A stretch of DNA of 64,000 nucleotides from Rikenellaceae bacterium (GTDB lineage: Bacteria; Bacteroidota; Bacteroidia; Bacteroidales; Rikenellaceae): positions 35,533 to 99,532 of the forward strand of contig JAFTOX010000007.1 of the NCBI GenBank assembly GCA_017463585.1, in the 5' to 3' direction. Of the stretch, positions 1-8,937 are shown piece by piece (the stretch's first letter is position 1; every line of letters begins with the position of its first letter). Both the position numbers and the translations under genes were made by a program. Below the pieces are notes generated by a model that was given only the letters and a program-made list of their open reading frames with translations, did not search any database and was not told where the DNA came from.

Positions 1-2376
1 GTGGTTACCCGTACCGCCACCGCCGCTACCAACTTCGATAGCCTCGCTGGGCAGAGTCTTGATCTCGGTGCTCTGGAACGTGCCGCTGAAACCGATCGAC
101 CAATGCCAATTCTCGGTCTGAACGGGGATCAGGTTCAACGAAACCTCGACACCCTTGTTCTCCATCGAGCCGATGTTCTGATATACGTAGTTCGAGAAGT
201 TGCCACCCAGAGGCACAGCAACGCGCGAAATCAGGTCGTCGGTCTGACGCAGGTAAGCATCAACAGTACCGTTGATACGGCCATTGATGAAACCGAAGTC
301 CAAGCCGACGTTATAGGTAGTGGTCTCCTCCCACTTCAACGACTCGTTGAATGCGTGAGGCTTCACGGGGAAGTAGAAACCGTCGCCCAGAGGATACTGG
401 TTGGTAGGCTCCTGCGAGATCTCCGAGTACTGCTGAGCAGCGTAGTTCTCGCCAAACTCCTGCTGACCGGTTACACCCCAGCCCAAACGCAGTTTCAGAG
501 CCGACAATGCGCGCGAGTCCTTCAAGAACTTCTCCTCGCCGATGTTCCAAGCGAAGGCTGCCGAGGGGAAGTAACCCCAACGGTTCTTGCCAACGAAGCG
601 CGACGAACCGTCGGCACGCATCGTAACGGTGAACAGATAGCGCGAAGCGATCGAGTAATTAACACGACCATAGAACGATACCAACGCATTGCGATACGAA
701 GGCGCGGTGTTCGAGATCAGCGTCGAGTTGCCATCGAGGTCGGTACGACCGTAGTTCCACGACTTGGTCTTCGAGTAGTTCATCGACCACGAGTAACCTG
801 CCATCACGTTGATATTGTGGATACCCACCTCCTTAGCGTAGTTGGCGTAGAACTCCAACAGCTGGTTGCGGTGCAGGTTCTCATACTTATCGAAACGACC
901 GAAGGTCTTGTATGCACCGTCCGAGTCGCGGTTAGCAAAGATCGAACCCGGCAGGTTGCCCTTGTCGCCCTTGGTCTTGGTGATATCCAGACCTAAGTTC
1001 AGATTGAGGCTCAGATCCTCGAAACCGTGGATCTTATAGTCGAGCTGCAAGTTACCCAATGCGCGGTACGAGTTGTTGCGATCGTACTTGTCGTAGAGGG
1101 TCGAGAAGGGGTTGATCGGAGCCAGATCGGTCGACCAATTCCAGAAACCGTTGTTCGTAGCGTAGTCGATTGCGCCGTCAGCGTTGTAGATGTAGGGGCT
1201 CTGAGTAGGATCGAACGATACGGCTGCACCTACGGCACCTGCATCGGCGTAGTTACTCTTGTTGTAGATACCCTTAGCGTTCAGGTTTACCGACAGATGA
1301 TCGGTGAAGAACTTGGGCGAGAGGTTTACGTCCAACGTAACACGCTGGTTGTCCGAGCCCTTCAACGTACCCTGATCGTAGGTATAACCTGCCGAGAAAC
1401 GGTAGGGAAGCTCGTCGCCATAACCGAATGCACCGGTTACCGATACGTTGTGGTCGGTAGCCATAGCCAGACGGAAGATCTCCTTCTGCCAATCGGTGTT
1501 AGCCGTGCCAAACAGATCGGCAGCCTTCTGACCACCTACCTGAACAGCATACTCTCTGAACTCGTCAGCCGACATCATATCGAGAGTCTTGTGGTTGTGC
1601 TTAACGCTTGCGCTACCGTTGTACGATACGCGGGGGCAACCATCTTGACCCTTCTTGGTGGTGATCAGAATGACACCATTCGATGCGCGCGAACCGTAGA
1701 TTGCGGTAGCCGAAGCGTCCTTCAATACGGTGAACGAAGCGATGTCGTTGGGATTGACCATCGACAGGCCGTTAGCCATACCCGGACCAGCCTCGTTTGC
1801 AACGGGCACACCATCGATAACGATCAACGGGTTGTTGTTAGCCGACAGCGAAGCGCCACCACGGATACGGATCTCAGCACCCTCACCCGGTGCACCGCTA
1901 CCCGACGTGATATTCACGCCCGGCACCTTACCACGCAACATCTCCTGCGGCGAGGTCAGCGCACCACGGTTGATCTCCTCGGCCTTCACAGCCACAACCG
2001 AACCGGTCATATCGTTCTTTTTAACAGCACCGTAACCGATCACGACGATCTCTTCGAGCGACATCAAGTCCTCTTCGAGAACCACGCGCGACAGCACGGT
2101 CGAGGTTGCAACCAACTCAACGGTCTTATAGCCGATATAGCTGACGCTGATGATCGACTTCGGATCGCTAACATTGAGCACATACTGACCATTGAGGTCG
2201 GTCGTAACTCCGTTGGTTGTACCCACTTCGGCAACGGCAGCACCCAGCACGGGATCACCGGCTGCGTCGACTACCACGCCCTTAATCTGCAATTTACCGC
2301 TCTGGGCAACTGCAAGAGTGGGGGTTGTGATGCTAAACAACATCAAACCCAAGCACATAGCGAGAATTTTTCTCAT
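1..2376 (-). CDS. susC: SusC/RagA TonB-dependent transporter, 5' part (runs off the left edge); starch/maltodextrin type likely
   Basis: Not in the ORF track (no stop in window); translated by hand from ATG at 2376: MRKILAMCLGLMLFSITT..., GVVVDAAGDPVLGAAV, VVIGYGAVKKNDMTGSV, NNNPLIVIDGVP, GMANGLSMVNPNDIASFTVLKDASATAIYGSRASNGVILITTKKG. The + strand ORFs here are antisense shadows. Confidence 0.95.
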   Translation of the reverse strand, partial: MRKILAMCLGLMLFSITTPTLAVAQSGKLQIKGVVVDAAGDPVLGAAVAEVGTTNGVTTDLNGQYVLNVSDPKSIISVSYIGYKTVELVATSTVLSRVVLEEDLMSLEEIVVIGYGAVKKNDMTGSVVAVKAEEINRGALTSPQEMLRGKVPGVNITSGSGAPGEGAEIRIRGGASLSANNNPLIVIDGVPVANEAGPGMANGLSMVNPNDIASFTVLKDASATAIYGSRASNGVILITTKKGQDGCPRVSYNGSASVKHNHKTLDMMSADEFREYAVQVGGQKAADLFGTANTDWQKEIFRLAMATDHNVSVTGAFGYGDELPYRFSAGYTYDQGTLKGSDNQRVTLDVNLSPKFFTDHLSVNLNAKGIYNKSNYADAGAVGAAVSFDPTQSPYIYNADGAIDYATNNGFWNWSTDLAPINPFSTLYDKYDRNNSYRALGNLQLDYKIHGFEDLSLNLNLGLDITKTKGDKGNLPGSIFANRDSDGAYKTFGRFDKYENLHRNQLLEFYANYAKEVGIHNINVMAGYSWSMNYSKTKSWNYGRTDLDGNSTLISNTAPSYRNALVSFYGRVNYSIASRYLFTVTMRADGSSRFVGKNRWGYFPSAAFAWNIGEEKFLKDSRALSALKLRLGWGVTGQQEFGENYAAQQYSEISQEPTNQYPLGDGFYFPVKPHAFNESLKWEETTTYNVGLDFGFINGRINGTVDAYLRQTDDLISRVAVPLGGNFSNYVYQNIGSMENKGVEVSLNLIPVQTENWHWSIGFSGTFQSTEIKTLPSEAIEVGSGGGGTGNH

Positions 2377-2458
2377 AAGAGCTTTTAGTTATTAGTTAAT
2401 ATTATAGGTAATTTGTCTTTACTCCTTATATATAATATAACGCACCTTCTTATGCAGA

Positions 2459-3784
2459 TTAGGCCTCAACCTCCTCGCGCTTCTCGCGAACGAAGGCTAC
2501 CGACACGGCTGCCAGCAACATAAATACGCCCGCCAAAGCCAACATACTCATCGGCGACGAACCGAACAGATGCTCGACGATCATACCGCCCGTCAAACCG
2601 ATAACGATCTGCGGAATGGTGATCGTAAAGTTGAAGATACCCATATATACACCCATACGACGTGCATCAACCGCGCGCGAAAGGATTGCATAAGGCATTG
2701 CCAGAATACCAGCCCAAGCCACGCCGATACCCACCATCGGGATCATCTGCGCATATTGGTCGGTAGTAACACACAGACCCAAGAAACCGAGCGCACCGCA
2801 CAGCAGGCACAGAGCATAGACCAGCTTATTGCCCCAACGAGCAGCGATCTTGTCGATGAACAGCGCAGCGATACAAGCCGGAATGGGATAGATACCGTTG
2901 AGCACGCCTACCCACGTCTGGGTCTGACCGGCCGAAAGCAGTTCGCCCGTCTCGTGGCTCACAACCACACCCGTAATTGCGGGTTTGAGGTAGGTCCACA
3001 TCAGGAACAGAGCTGCCCACGAGAAGAACTGCACCACGCCCAACTGCAACATCACCTTAGGCACGTTGCGCAGCAACTCAACGAACGACGGCTTATGCTC
3101 GTCTTCGGCCTCAACGGGCTGGTTGTTGTAGCGAGCAAACTCCTCGGGAGGATACTCCTTGGTGCGGAATACGGTTACCAGAACGGTTGCCAACAAGATT
3201 GCACCACCGATGTAGTACGACCAAGCGATGTGCTGGGGTACTTGACCGGGGATCACCTCGTCCGACACACCGCAGTGGGTCAGAATCAGCGGCAGCACAG
3301 CACCGACAACGGCACCCAAGTTGATCAGGAAGGTCTGCACGACATAGCCCTTGGTCTTCTGCGAGTCATCGAGCATATCGGCCACCAGCGCGCGGAAGGG
3401 CTGCATCGTTACGTTGAACGAGAGATCCATAAAGAGCAGGATCAATGCACCCATCAGCAGCGGAGCGAATGCCAACAGAATCGGAGCGTTGGGCATCAGT
3501 GCCAAAGCCACTGCCGAGATGATCGCACCACCCAGAATGAAGGGGATACGGCGACCCAAGCGGGTCCAAGTACCGTCCGAGAACAGACCCACGATCGGCT
3601 GAATTACCAGACCAGCAACGGGGGCTGCCAACCAGAAGTAGCTCAGGTGCGAAAGGTCGGCACCGAGCGACTCGAAGATTGATGAAGTGTTCGAGTTTTG
3701 GAGTGAATAGCCAATCTGAACTCCGAGGAATCCGAAGCTAAGGTTCCAAATCTGCCAGAACGAAAGTTTAGGTTTTTTCTGCAT
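2459..3784 (-). CDS. MFS sugar:H+ symporter, maltose/sucrose (SLC45/MalT-like) family
   Basis: KLSFWQIWNLSFGFLGVQIGYSLQ, QPIVGLFSDGTWTRLGRRIPF, QPFRALVADML, GVYMGIFNFTITIPQI; about 12 hydrophobic segments; directly upstream of susC. Confidence 0.88.
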   Translation of the reverse strand: MQKKPKLSFWQIWNLSFGFLGVQIGYSLQNSNTSSIFESLGADLSHLSYFWLAAPVAGLVIQPIVGLFSDGTWTRLGRRIPFILGGAIISAVALALMPNAPILLAFAPLLMGALILLFMDLSFNVTMQPFRALVADMLDDSQKTKGYVVQTFLINLGAVVGAVLPLILTHCGVSDEVIPGQVPQHIAWSYYIGGAILLATVLVTVFRTKEYPPEEFARYNNQPVEAEDEHKPSFVELLRNVPKVMLQLGVVQFFSWAALFLMWTYLKPAITGVVVSHETGELLSAGQTQTWVGVLNGIYPIPACIAALFIDKIAARWGNKLVYALCLLCGALGFLGLCVTTDQYAQMIPMVGIGVAWAGILAMPYAILSRAVDARRMGVYMGIFNFTITIPQIVIGLTGGMIVEHLFGSSPMSMLALAGVFMLLAAVSVAFVREKREEVEA

Positions 3785-3807
3785 AATAGTGTAAAAATTT
3801 AGCTATA

Positions 3808-3815
3808 CAAATTTA
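3808..3815 (-). promoter_or_regulatory. Bacteroidota sigma-A -7 element (TAAATTTG) for the MFS/susC transcript
   Basis: Matches TAnnTTTG on the minus strand, 24 nt upstream of the MFS ATG. Confidence 0.7.
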
Positions 3816-3845
3816 TAATAGCATTTCCAAACCACCAATCTCAGT

Positions 3846-3898
3846 CCGACGAACGGCAAAACAAAACCGACGAACGGTCGATTTGGACGGACGAGTGT
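3846..3898. promoter_or_regulatory. Direct repeats CCGACGAACGG with 21-bp period; putative LytTR operator
   Basis: Exact copies at 3846-3856 and 3867-3877, degenerate third copy at 3888-3898; lies between the MFS promoter and the LytS/LytTR genes. Confidence 0.65.
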
Positions 3899-4058
3899 TA
3901 CGATCTAAAAAAATAAAGCGCCGTTTTCGCAACAAGATTTGGAGATTCAACAAAAAAGCCCTACCTTTATTGTCAAGATTGGACTCGACCACGAGCATCG
4001 AAACCACCAGCGATTGATCGAACCGACCGACAAGAGAGCCGTTAATGCACAACCGAGT

Positions 4059-5432
4059 ATGAAGAGAATTTCGTTTTCGACACCCGCGACAATCCACCTG
4101 TTCGCCATAGCGCACGCCGCCATCGCCGTAATCAGCCGCTTGGTCGATTATATGGACGACGTGCCGCTGACCGTGCTCACAATCTTGATGATCGTGATCA
4201 TCGCAATCCGCCAACGAATGCAGACCGAGATTACAGCAATGCTGACACTCGTCGGTACGTTCTCGGGCTACCTGCTTGGCACCTACGGAGCTACGCTCGT
4301 GTCAAGCGTCGTATCGAACCCCACCGCCGCCTCGGCCATAACCACCGCCATCGTCACCGAATTGCTCGGTTGGTCGGTCTATGGCATCTCCTCACTCAAA
4401 AGCCTCCGCTCGATGCACGCCAATACGTGGAGCCCTTCGATCCCGCAGCTGGCTCTGGTCGCCGCCGCAATTCTGTTGCTGCGCGTTTCGTATTCGCTCA
4501 TCTTCAACTCGTCATACTTCTCGCAATCGAGTATCTACCCCGAGTTCAACCGTATGATGAGCAACACATTCGCAATGGTCGTGCTCGTCTGCGGCAACGT
4601 GATTCTGGTCGGGTTCGGACGACTGCCAAAACGTCTGCGTGATTTGCAAAATGCGCTGAACGTAATCCTCGTCACGCTCTTCTCGGTTGCCATCACCTTC
4701 ATCGTCTACTACGACCTGCCCAGCGGCGGCGAGAGTATCTTCGCAGGACTACCCTTCTTGCGTCAATATGCCGTTGTGTTGCTGGCCGATATGGTTGTGT
4801 TTGCGGTCTTTACGCTGATTGGCCACCTCTACACCTCGCAGGACGAGCTGCGTACCGAACGAGGCAAAAAGCACCTCGCGCAGTTCCAATACAACAAGCT
4901 CAAAATGCAGATCAACCCCCATTTTCTGTTCAATTCGCTCAATATTCTCGACTATCTGGTGCAGGAGGGACAGACCGAGCGCGCGAGCGCATTCATTCGT
5001 AAGCTGGCCGATTCGTATCGCTATATGCTCAAAACCGAGGACGAACCTCTCGTTACGTTGCAAGAGGAGATCGATTTCGCCCACAAATACTCCGAGCTAC
5101 TGCAAGAGCGTTTTGCGAGTGGCTTCACTGTTCACTATCAGATTGACGACCAACTACTTAGCCGTAGCATTGTGCCGTGTTGTCTGCAACTTCTCATCGA
5201 GAACGCCACCAAGCACAACATCGTCAGCCCCGAGCGTCCGCTGACCATCTTCGTCTGCGCCGAGGGCGACACGCTGACCGTGCGCAACAATATCCAACCG
5301 CGAATTACCGCCCAAGCCTCGACGGGCACGGGTCTGAAAAATATCCGACAACAATATCTCGACATTTGCAATCGTCCGATCTCGGTCGAAAAGACGCAAA
5401 GTGAATTTATCGTAAATATACCACTACTATGA
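4059..5432 (+). CDS. LytS-family sensor histidine kinase (His_kinase PF06580 type) with a multi-TM N-terminus
   Basis: LKMQINPHFLFNSLN, VPCCLQLLIENATKHN, STGTGLKNI; the ATG at 4059 (MKRISF) is preferred over the ORF-track TTG at 3939. Confidence 0.92.
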   Translation: MKRISFSTPATIHLFAIAHAAIAVISRLVDYMDDVPLTVLTILMIVIIAIRQRMQTEITAMLTLVGTFSGYLLGTYGATLVSSVVSNPTAASAITTAIVTELLGWSVYGISSLKSLRSMHANTWSPSIPQLALVAAAILLLRVSYSLIFNSSYFSQSSIYPEFNRMMSNTFAMVVLVCGNVILVGFGRLPKRLRDLQNALNVILVTLFSVAITFIVYYDLPSGGESIFAGLPFLRQYAVVLLADMVVFAVFTLIGHLYTSQDELRTERGKKHLAQFQYNKLKMQINPHFLFNSLNILDYLVQEGQTERASAFIRKLADSYRYMLKTEDEPLVTLQEEIDFAHKYSELLQERFASGFTVHYQIDDQLLSRSIVPCCLQLLIENATKHNIVSPERPLTIFVCAEGDTLTVRNNIQPRITAQASTGTGLKNIRQQYLDICNRPISVEKTQSEFIVNIPLL

Positions 5433-6211
5433 GAACCTATAATGTACTAATCATCGAGGACGAGATCCCCGCACAAGCCAACCTCCGCCGCGCCATCGAA
5501 CGACAGTTCGACGATCTGCGCGTGGTGGGTGTCGAGAGCTCGGTTTCGGGCGCTGTGGCGTGGCTCGGCGAGGAGCAGAACGTGGCCGATATAATCTTTA
5601 TGGACGTCGAACTTTCTGACGGTTCGTGTTTCGACATTTTCAAGCAGTGCCAAGTCAAGAGCAAGGTGATCATCACCACCGCTTTCGACAACTATGCCGT
5701 TCAGGCGTTCCGAGTGAATAGCATCGACTACCTGCTCAAACCGATTGACCCTGAGCTACTTCGTGCAGCTGTTGATCGCTGTCGCACCGCCTTGGAGGCT
5801 GCGGCGGGGAGCAGTGCACCGTTCAATTTCGAGGCTCTGCGCAACGCGCTCAACCCTGAGGCAAACTCGTACAAAAAGCGTTTTGTGGTCAAGTTTGGCG
5901 ACCGATTGTCGGTCATCGACACCTCGCAGATTGCCTATTTCTATGCCGAAGATAAGAGCAACTATCTGGTTACGACCGAGAACCGTTGCTACATTCTCGA
6001 TTCGTCGCTCGACACGGTGTCGGAGCAGGTTTCGCCCAACGATTTCTTCCGCATTTCGCGCAACTGCACGGTGGCAATTCGCTCGATTGCGGGCATTTCG
6101 AAGCACCCCTCAGGTCGCTTGAAGGTTCAACTCGAACCCCGCCCGAAGTTTGAGGTCTTTGTGAGTCGCTCGCGCACCGCCGACTTCCTGCAATGGCTCG
6201 AAGGCAAATAG
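5429..6211 (+). CDS. LytTR-family response regulator
   Basis: Receiver LIIEDE...DIIFMDVELSDGSCF...TTAFD...YLLKP; LytTR output FFRISRNCTV; 4-bp overlap with the kinase. Confidence 0.95.
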   Translation: MRTYNVLIIEDEIPAQANLRRAIERQFDDLRVVGVESSVSGAVAWLGEEQNVADIIFMDVELSDGSCFDIFKQCQVKSKVIITTAFDNYAVQAFRVNSIDYLLKPIDPELLRAAVDRCRTALEAAAGSSAPFNFEALRNALNPEANSYKKRFVVKFGDRLSVIDTSQIAYFYAEDKSNYLVTTENRCYILDSSLDTVSEQVSPNDFFRISRNCTVAIRSIAGISKHPSGRLKVQLEPRPKFEVFVSRSRTADFLQWLEGK

Positions 6212-6264
6212 CTCACTCACTTACGTTTTTGCAAAACTACAATCAACTATCCCAAACGAAAACA

Positions 6265-7431
6265 ATGCAGATTTTTAATTACATAATCCTGAGTGCGATA
6301 TTCTGTCTCACGCCCGCAGTTGTTCTGTGGCTCTGTCGTCGCATTCCGTTGCTCGGCAAGATTGGTCCGATTATGGTGCTCTACGCTATTGGTATGATCA
6401 TCGGCAACCTCCCATTCATTCCCGCCGAGATCAAACCGCTGCAAGATATGATCCCCAACGTGATGGTGCCGCTGGCAATCCCGATGATGTTGTTCGGTTG
6501 CACCTTCTCGCGCAACGAGATCCGTCTGCAAGTCAAGCTCTGCCTGAGTGGTTTTCTGTCGGTCTGTCTGGCGGTTGTGATTGGCTACCTCTTCTTCGGT
6601 CGCAATGTCGAGCAGGGAGCGCAGATTGGCGGTATTCTGTCGGGAATGTACACGGGCGGTATGGTCAATGCGGCGGCGTTGCAGGCAATCTTCCGCGTCA
6701 ATAGCGAGAACTACATCTTGATGAGTTCGTACGATATTATCATCTCGTTCCTCTACTTGGTATTTTTGTTGGGTGTGGGTATTCCGATGTTCCGTTATCT
6801 GTATGGTGAGCGCAAGCGCGAGATTCCGCAGAGCGAGCAGGAGGAGCTCGACCGCCAAGCAGAAAAGAGCAACGAAAACCCCTATCGCAAGCTGCTTACA
6901 CGCGAGGGCGTCAAGCAGTTAGGCAAGATTTTGGCTCTGACGCTGGCCATTGTGGCGGTGTCGGGCGGCGTGGGTCTGCTGATGAACGAGGGGTGGTTTA
7001 TGGTTGTGTTTATTCTGCTGATTACCACGCTGGGCGTCGTGGCGTCGTTCTTCCCTTCGGTGCGAAAGATGGATATGAGCTACGACATCGGAATGTATCT
7101 GATCTATATTTTCAGCATTACGATCGCCTCGATGGCCGATTTCTCGAATCTGCATCTGGCGGGCGGAGTTAATCTGCTGATTTTTGTGATTTTGGCGGTC
7201 TTCCTCTCGTTGGTTTTTCACGCTCTCATTTGCCGCTTGATGAAGGTCGATGCCGATTCGATGATAGTCTCGTCGGTGACATTTATCAACTCGCCTCCGT
7301 TTGTGCCTATGGCCTCGGCTGCGCTGCGCAACAAGCGTACGCTGGTCACGGGATTGAGCGCAGGTATCGTCGGCTACTCCCTCGGAAACCACTTCGGAGT
7401 GCTGATGGCAAAGTTGCTGTCGATGTTGTAA
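6265..7431 (+). CDS. DUF819-family multi-pass membrane protein
   Basis: About 11 TM segments; GMYTGGMVN and SPPFVP...AALRN...LVTGLSAGIVGYSLGNHFG motifs; start at ATG 6265. Confidence 0.75.
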   Translation: MQIFNYIILSAIFCLTPAVVLWLCRRIPLLGKIGPIMVLYAIGMIIGNLPFIPAEIKPLQDMIPNVMVPLAIPMMLFGCTFSRNEIRLQVKLCLSGFLSVCLAVVIGYLFFGRNVEQGAQIGGILSGMYTGGMVNAAALQAIFRVNSENYILMSSYDIIISFLYLVFLLGVGIPMFRYLYGERKREIPQSEQEELDRQAEKSNENPYRKLLTREGVKQLGKILALTLAIVAVSGGVGLLMNEGWFMVVFILLITTLGVVASFFPSVRKMDMSYDIGMYLIYIFSITIASMADFSNLHLAGGVNLLIFVILAVFLSLVFHALICRLMKVDADSMIVSSVTFINSPPFVPMASAALRNKRTLVTGLSAGIVGYSLGNHFGVLMAKLLSML

Positions 7432-7458
7432 AAGGAACGCATTTTCGCACTCAAACAA

Positions 7459-7487
7459 AAAGCCACGCCCATTCAGAGCGTGGCTTT
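7459..7487. terminator. Bidirectional intrinsic terminator
   Basis: AAAGCCACGC-loop-GCGTGGCTTT between convergent genes. Confidence 0.8.
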
Positions 7488-7518
7488 AATTTTGAATTTT
7501 GAACCTTGAATTTTGAAT
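7488..7518. repeat. Heptamer tandem repeat (AATTTTG)x4, one variant
   Basis: AATTTTG AATTTTG AACCTTG AATTTTG AAT. Confidence 0.85.
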
Positions 7519-7521
7519 CTA

Positions 7522-8928
7522 TTAGAACAGGTAGCCCGTATTGATATAGAACGCGCCCTTGCCGTCCTGCTTTGCGAGCTTGCCGACGGGTTTGCCGTAC
7601 TCCAAGCAGACGATAAAGTTCTGATTCATAATGAATCGGAAACCACCGCCCACGGTGATATGCGGACGATCGCGCTCGGTGCCCTTAGCCATATAGGCTG
7701 CGTACTCCTCACGAGCCTTTTCGTACTCGTTCGGGGTTGCGAACTCCTCCAACGTGCGACCGAACGACATATCGTAGCCCTTGGTTACCATCGTACCATC
7801 GCTAAATGCGTTCAAGCCGAAGGCGATATTCTGTTTCCAGAGGGTGAACGACACGAAACGCCAACGCAACTCGGCATTGTACGACGCCATATCAAGACCC
7901 TGCACACGGTTACGCATAATACCGCGCACGGTGCGGAAACCACCCATACCGTCACGGTCGTAGGTCGGGCCCACGGTGGTCAGATAGGGCAGAATGTAGT
8001 AGGGAGCCTTGCGACCGAAGGTACCCTCGTAGTTCAAACGGTAGGCGAAGGTCAGACGGTCATTCGACACGATGGGCACATAGTGGCGGAACGTAGCCGA
8101 GTACTTATAGTAGGGATTCGACGTACCTAACCACTTGGGTGCCAGCATCACGTGAGCCTCAGCCCACACACCGCGCGAGGGCGCACCCTCCTTATCGCGG
8201 GTATCGAACAACAGACCCACACGCACGGTGCTATTCAGACCGCCGTCAGCCTCCGAATCCTTGATAATACCCCACTCACGATACTGCTCAAAGAGCGTCG
8301 GCTCCGAGTCGGGGAACATCTTATTCTCGTCCTTATTCTTGTTGATCTTCGCACGGTTAATCGCACCCTGCTTGAAGTAGCTGAGGTGATAACCAGCCTC
8401 CCACGACAGTGGCGTGTTGCCGATCTTACCCACGAAGTCGGCCTTGAACAGAGCCGCCAAACGGTTGGTGCGGTACTTCGGGGTGTAGATGTACATATCG
8501 TCGTTCTTCTTGCCATCGAGCACCTTCTGGTAGTCGAAGTAGGATTGGTAGCCGTTGAAACCGTAGAAGTCCATCGCCTTGTCGTTGGTGATGGTCAGCG
8601 CGGTCGAGAAACGGACCCCGGGGATCCAAAAACGGTTGTCGTACGACACCACATAAAGTTGCGAGCCCTTGGTGAAGAACGAGGCCTCGAAATACCACTG
8701 CTGACGTGTATTGGGATAGGTCGAGCCATCGCCAAAGTCGTAGATATTGAGCAACGCGCCCAGCTGGAAACCCTTATCGGCGTCGAACGCCACGGCGGGC
8801 AGCGGACCAAAATTGTAACCCGTCTTGATGATCTCCTTCTTTGCGGGCACGGCTTCGCTCTCTTGCGCCGCAAGGGGCAGCGTGCAGACGAGTGCGAGCA
8901 ACAGAGTGATAATCTGCTTCATAGGCAT
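7522..8928 (-). CDS. Omp85/BamA-TamA-like outer-membrane beta-barrel without POTRA domains
   Basis: Signal peptide ending LA-QE; GYNFGPLPAVAFDADKGFQLG; loop-6-like TVRGIMRNR; C-terminal aromatic YINTGYLF. Confidence 0.75.
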   Translation of the reverse strand: MPMKQIITLLLALVCTLPLAAQESEAVPAKKEIIKTGYNFGPLPAVAFDADKGFQLGALLNIYDFGDGSTYPNTRQQWYFEASFFTKGSQLYVVSYDNRFWIPGVRFSTALTITNDKAMDFYGFNGYQSYFDYQKVLDGKKNDDMYIYTPKYRTNRLAALFKADFVGKIGNTPLSWEAGYHLSYFKQGAINRAKINKNKDENKMFPDSEPTLFEQYREWGIIKDSEADGGLNSTVRVGLLFDTRDKEGAPSRGVWAEAHVMLAPKWLGTSNPYYKYSATFRHYVPIVSNDRLTFAYRLNYEGTFGRKAPYYILPYLTTVGPTYDRDGMGGFRTVRGIMRNRVQGLDMASYNAELRWRFVSFTLWKQNIAFGLNAFSDGTMVTKGYDMSFGRTLEEFATPNEYEKAREEYAAYMAKGTERDRPHITVGGGFRFIMNQNFIVCLEYGKPVGKLAKQDGKGAFYINTGYLF

Positions 8929-8937
8929 AAATTGTAT

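Noticed and set aside
1-2388. Long + strand ORFs (1-996, 1027-2388) and similar long antisense ORFs over the PUL, ATPase and pilus genes
   Set aside because: Antisense shadows of real genes, caused by strong codon bias (few stops in the reverse frame); no recognisable motifs.
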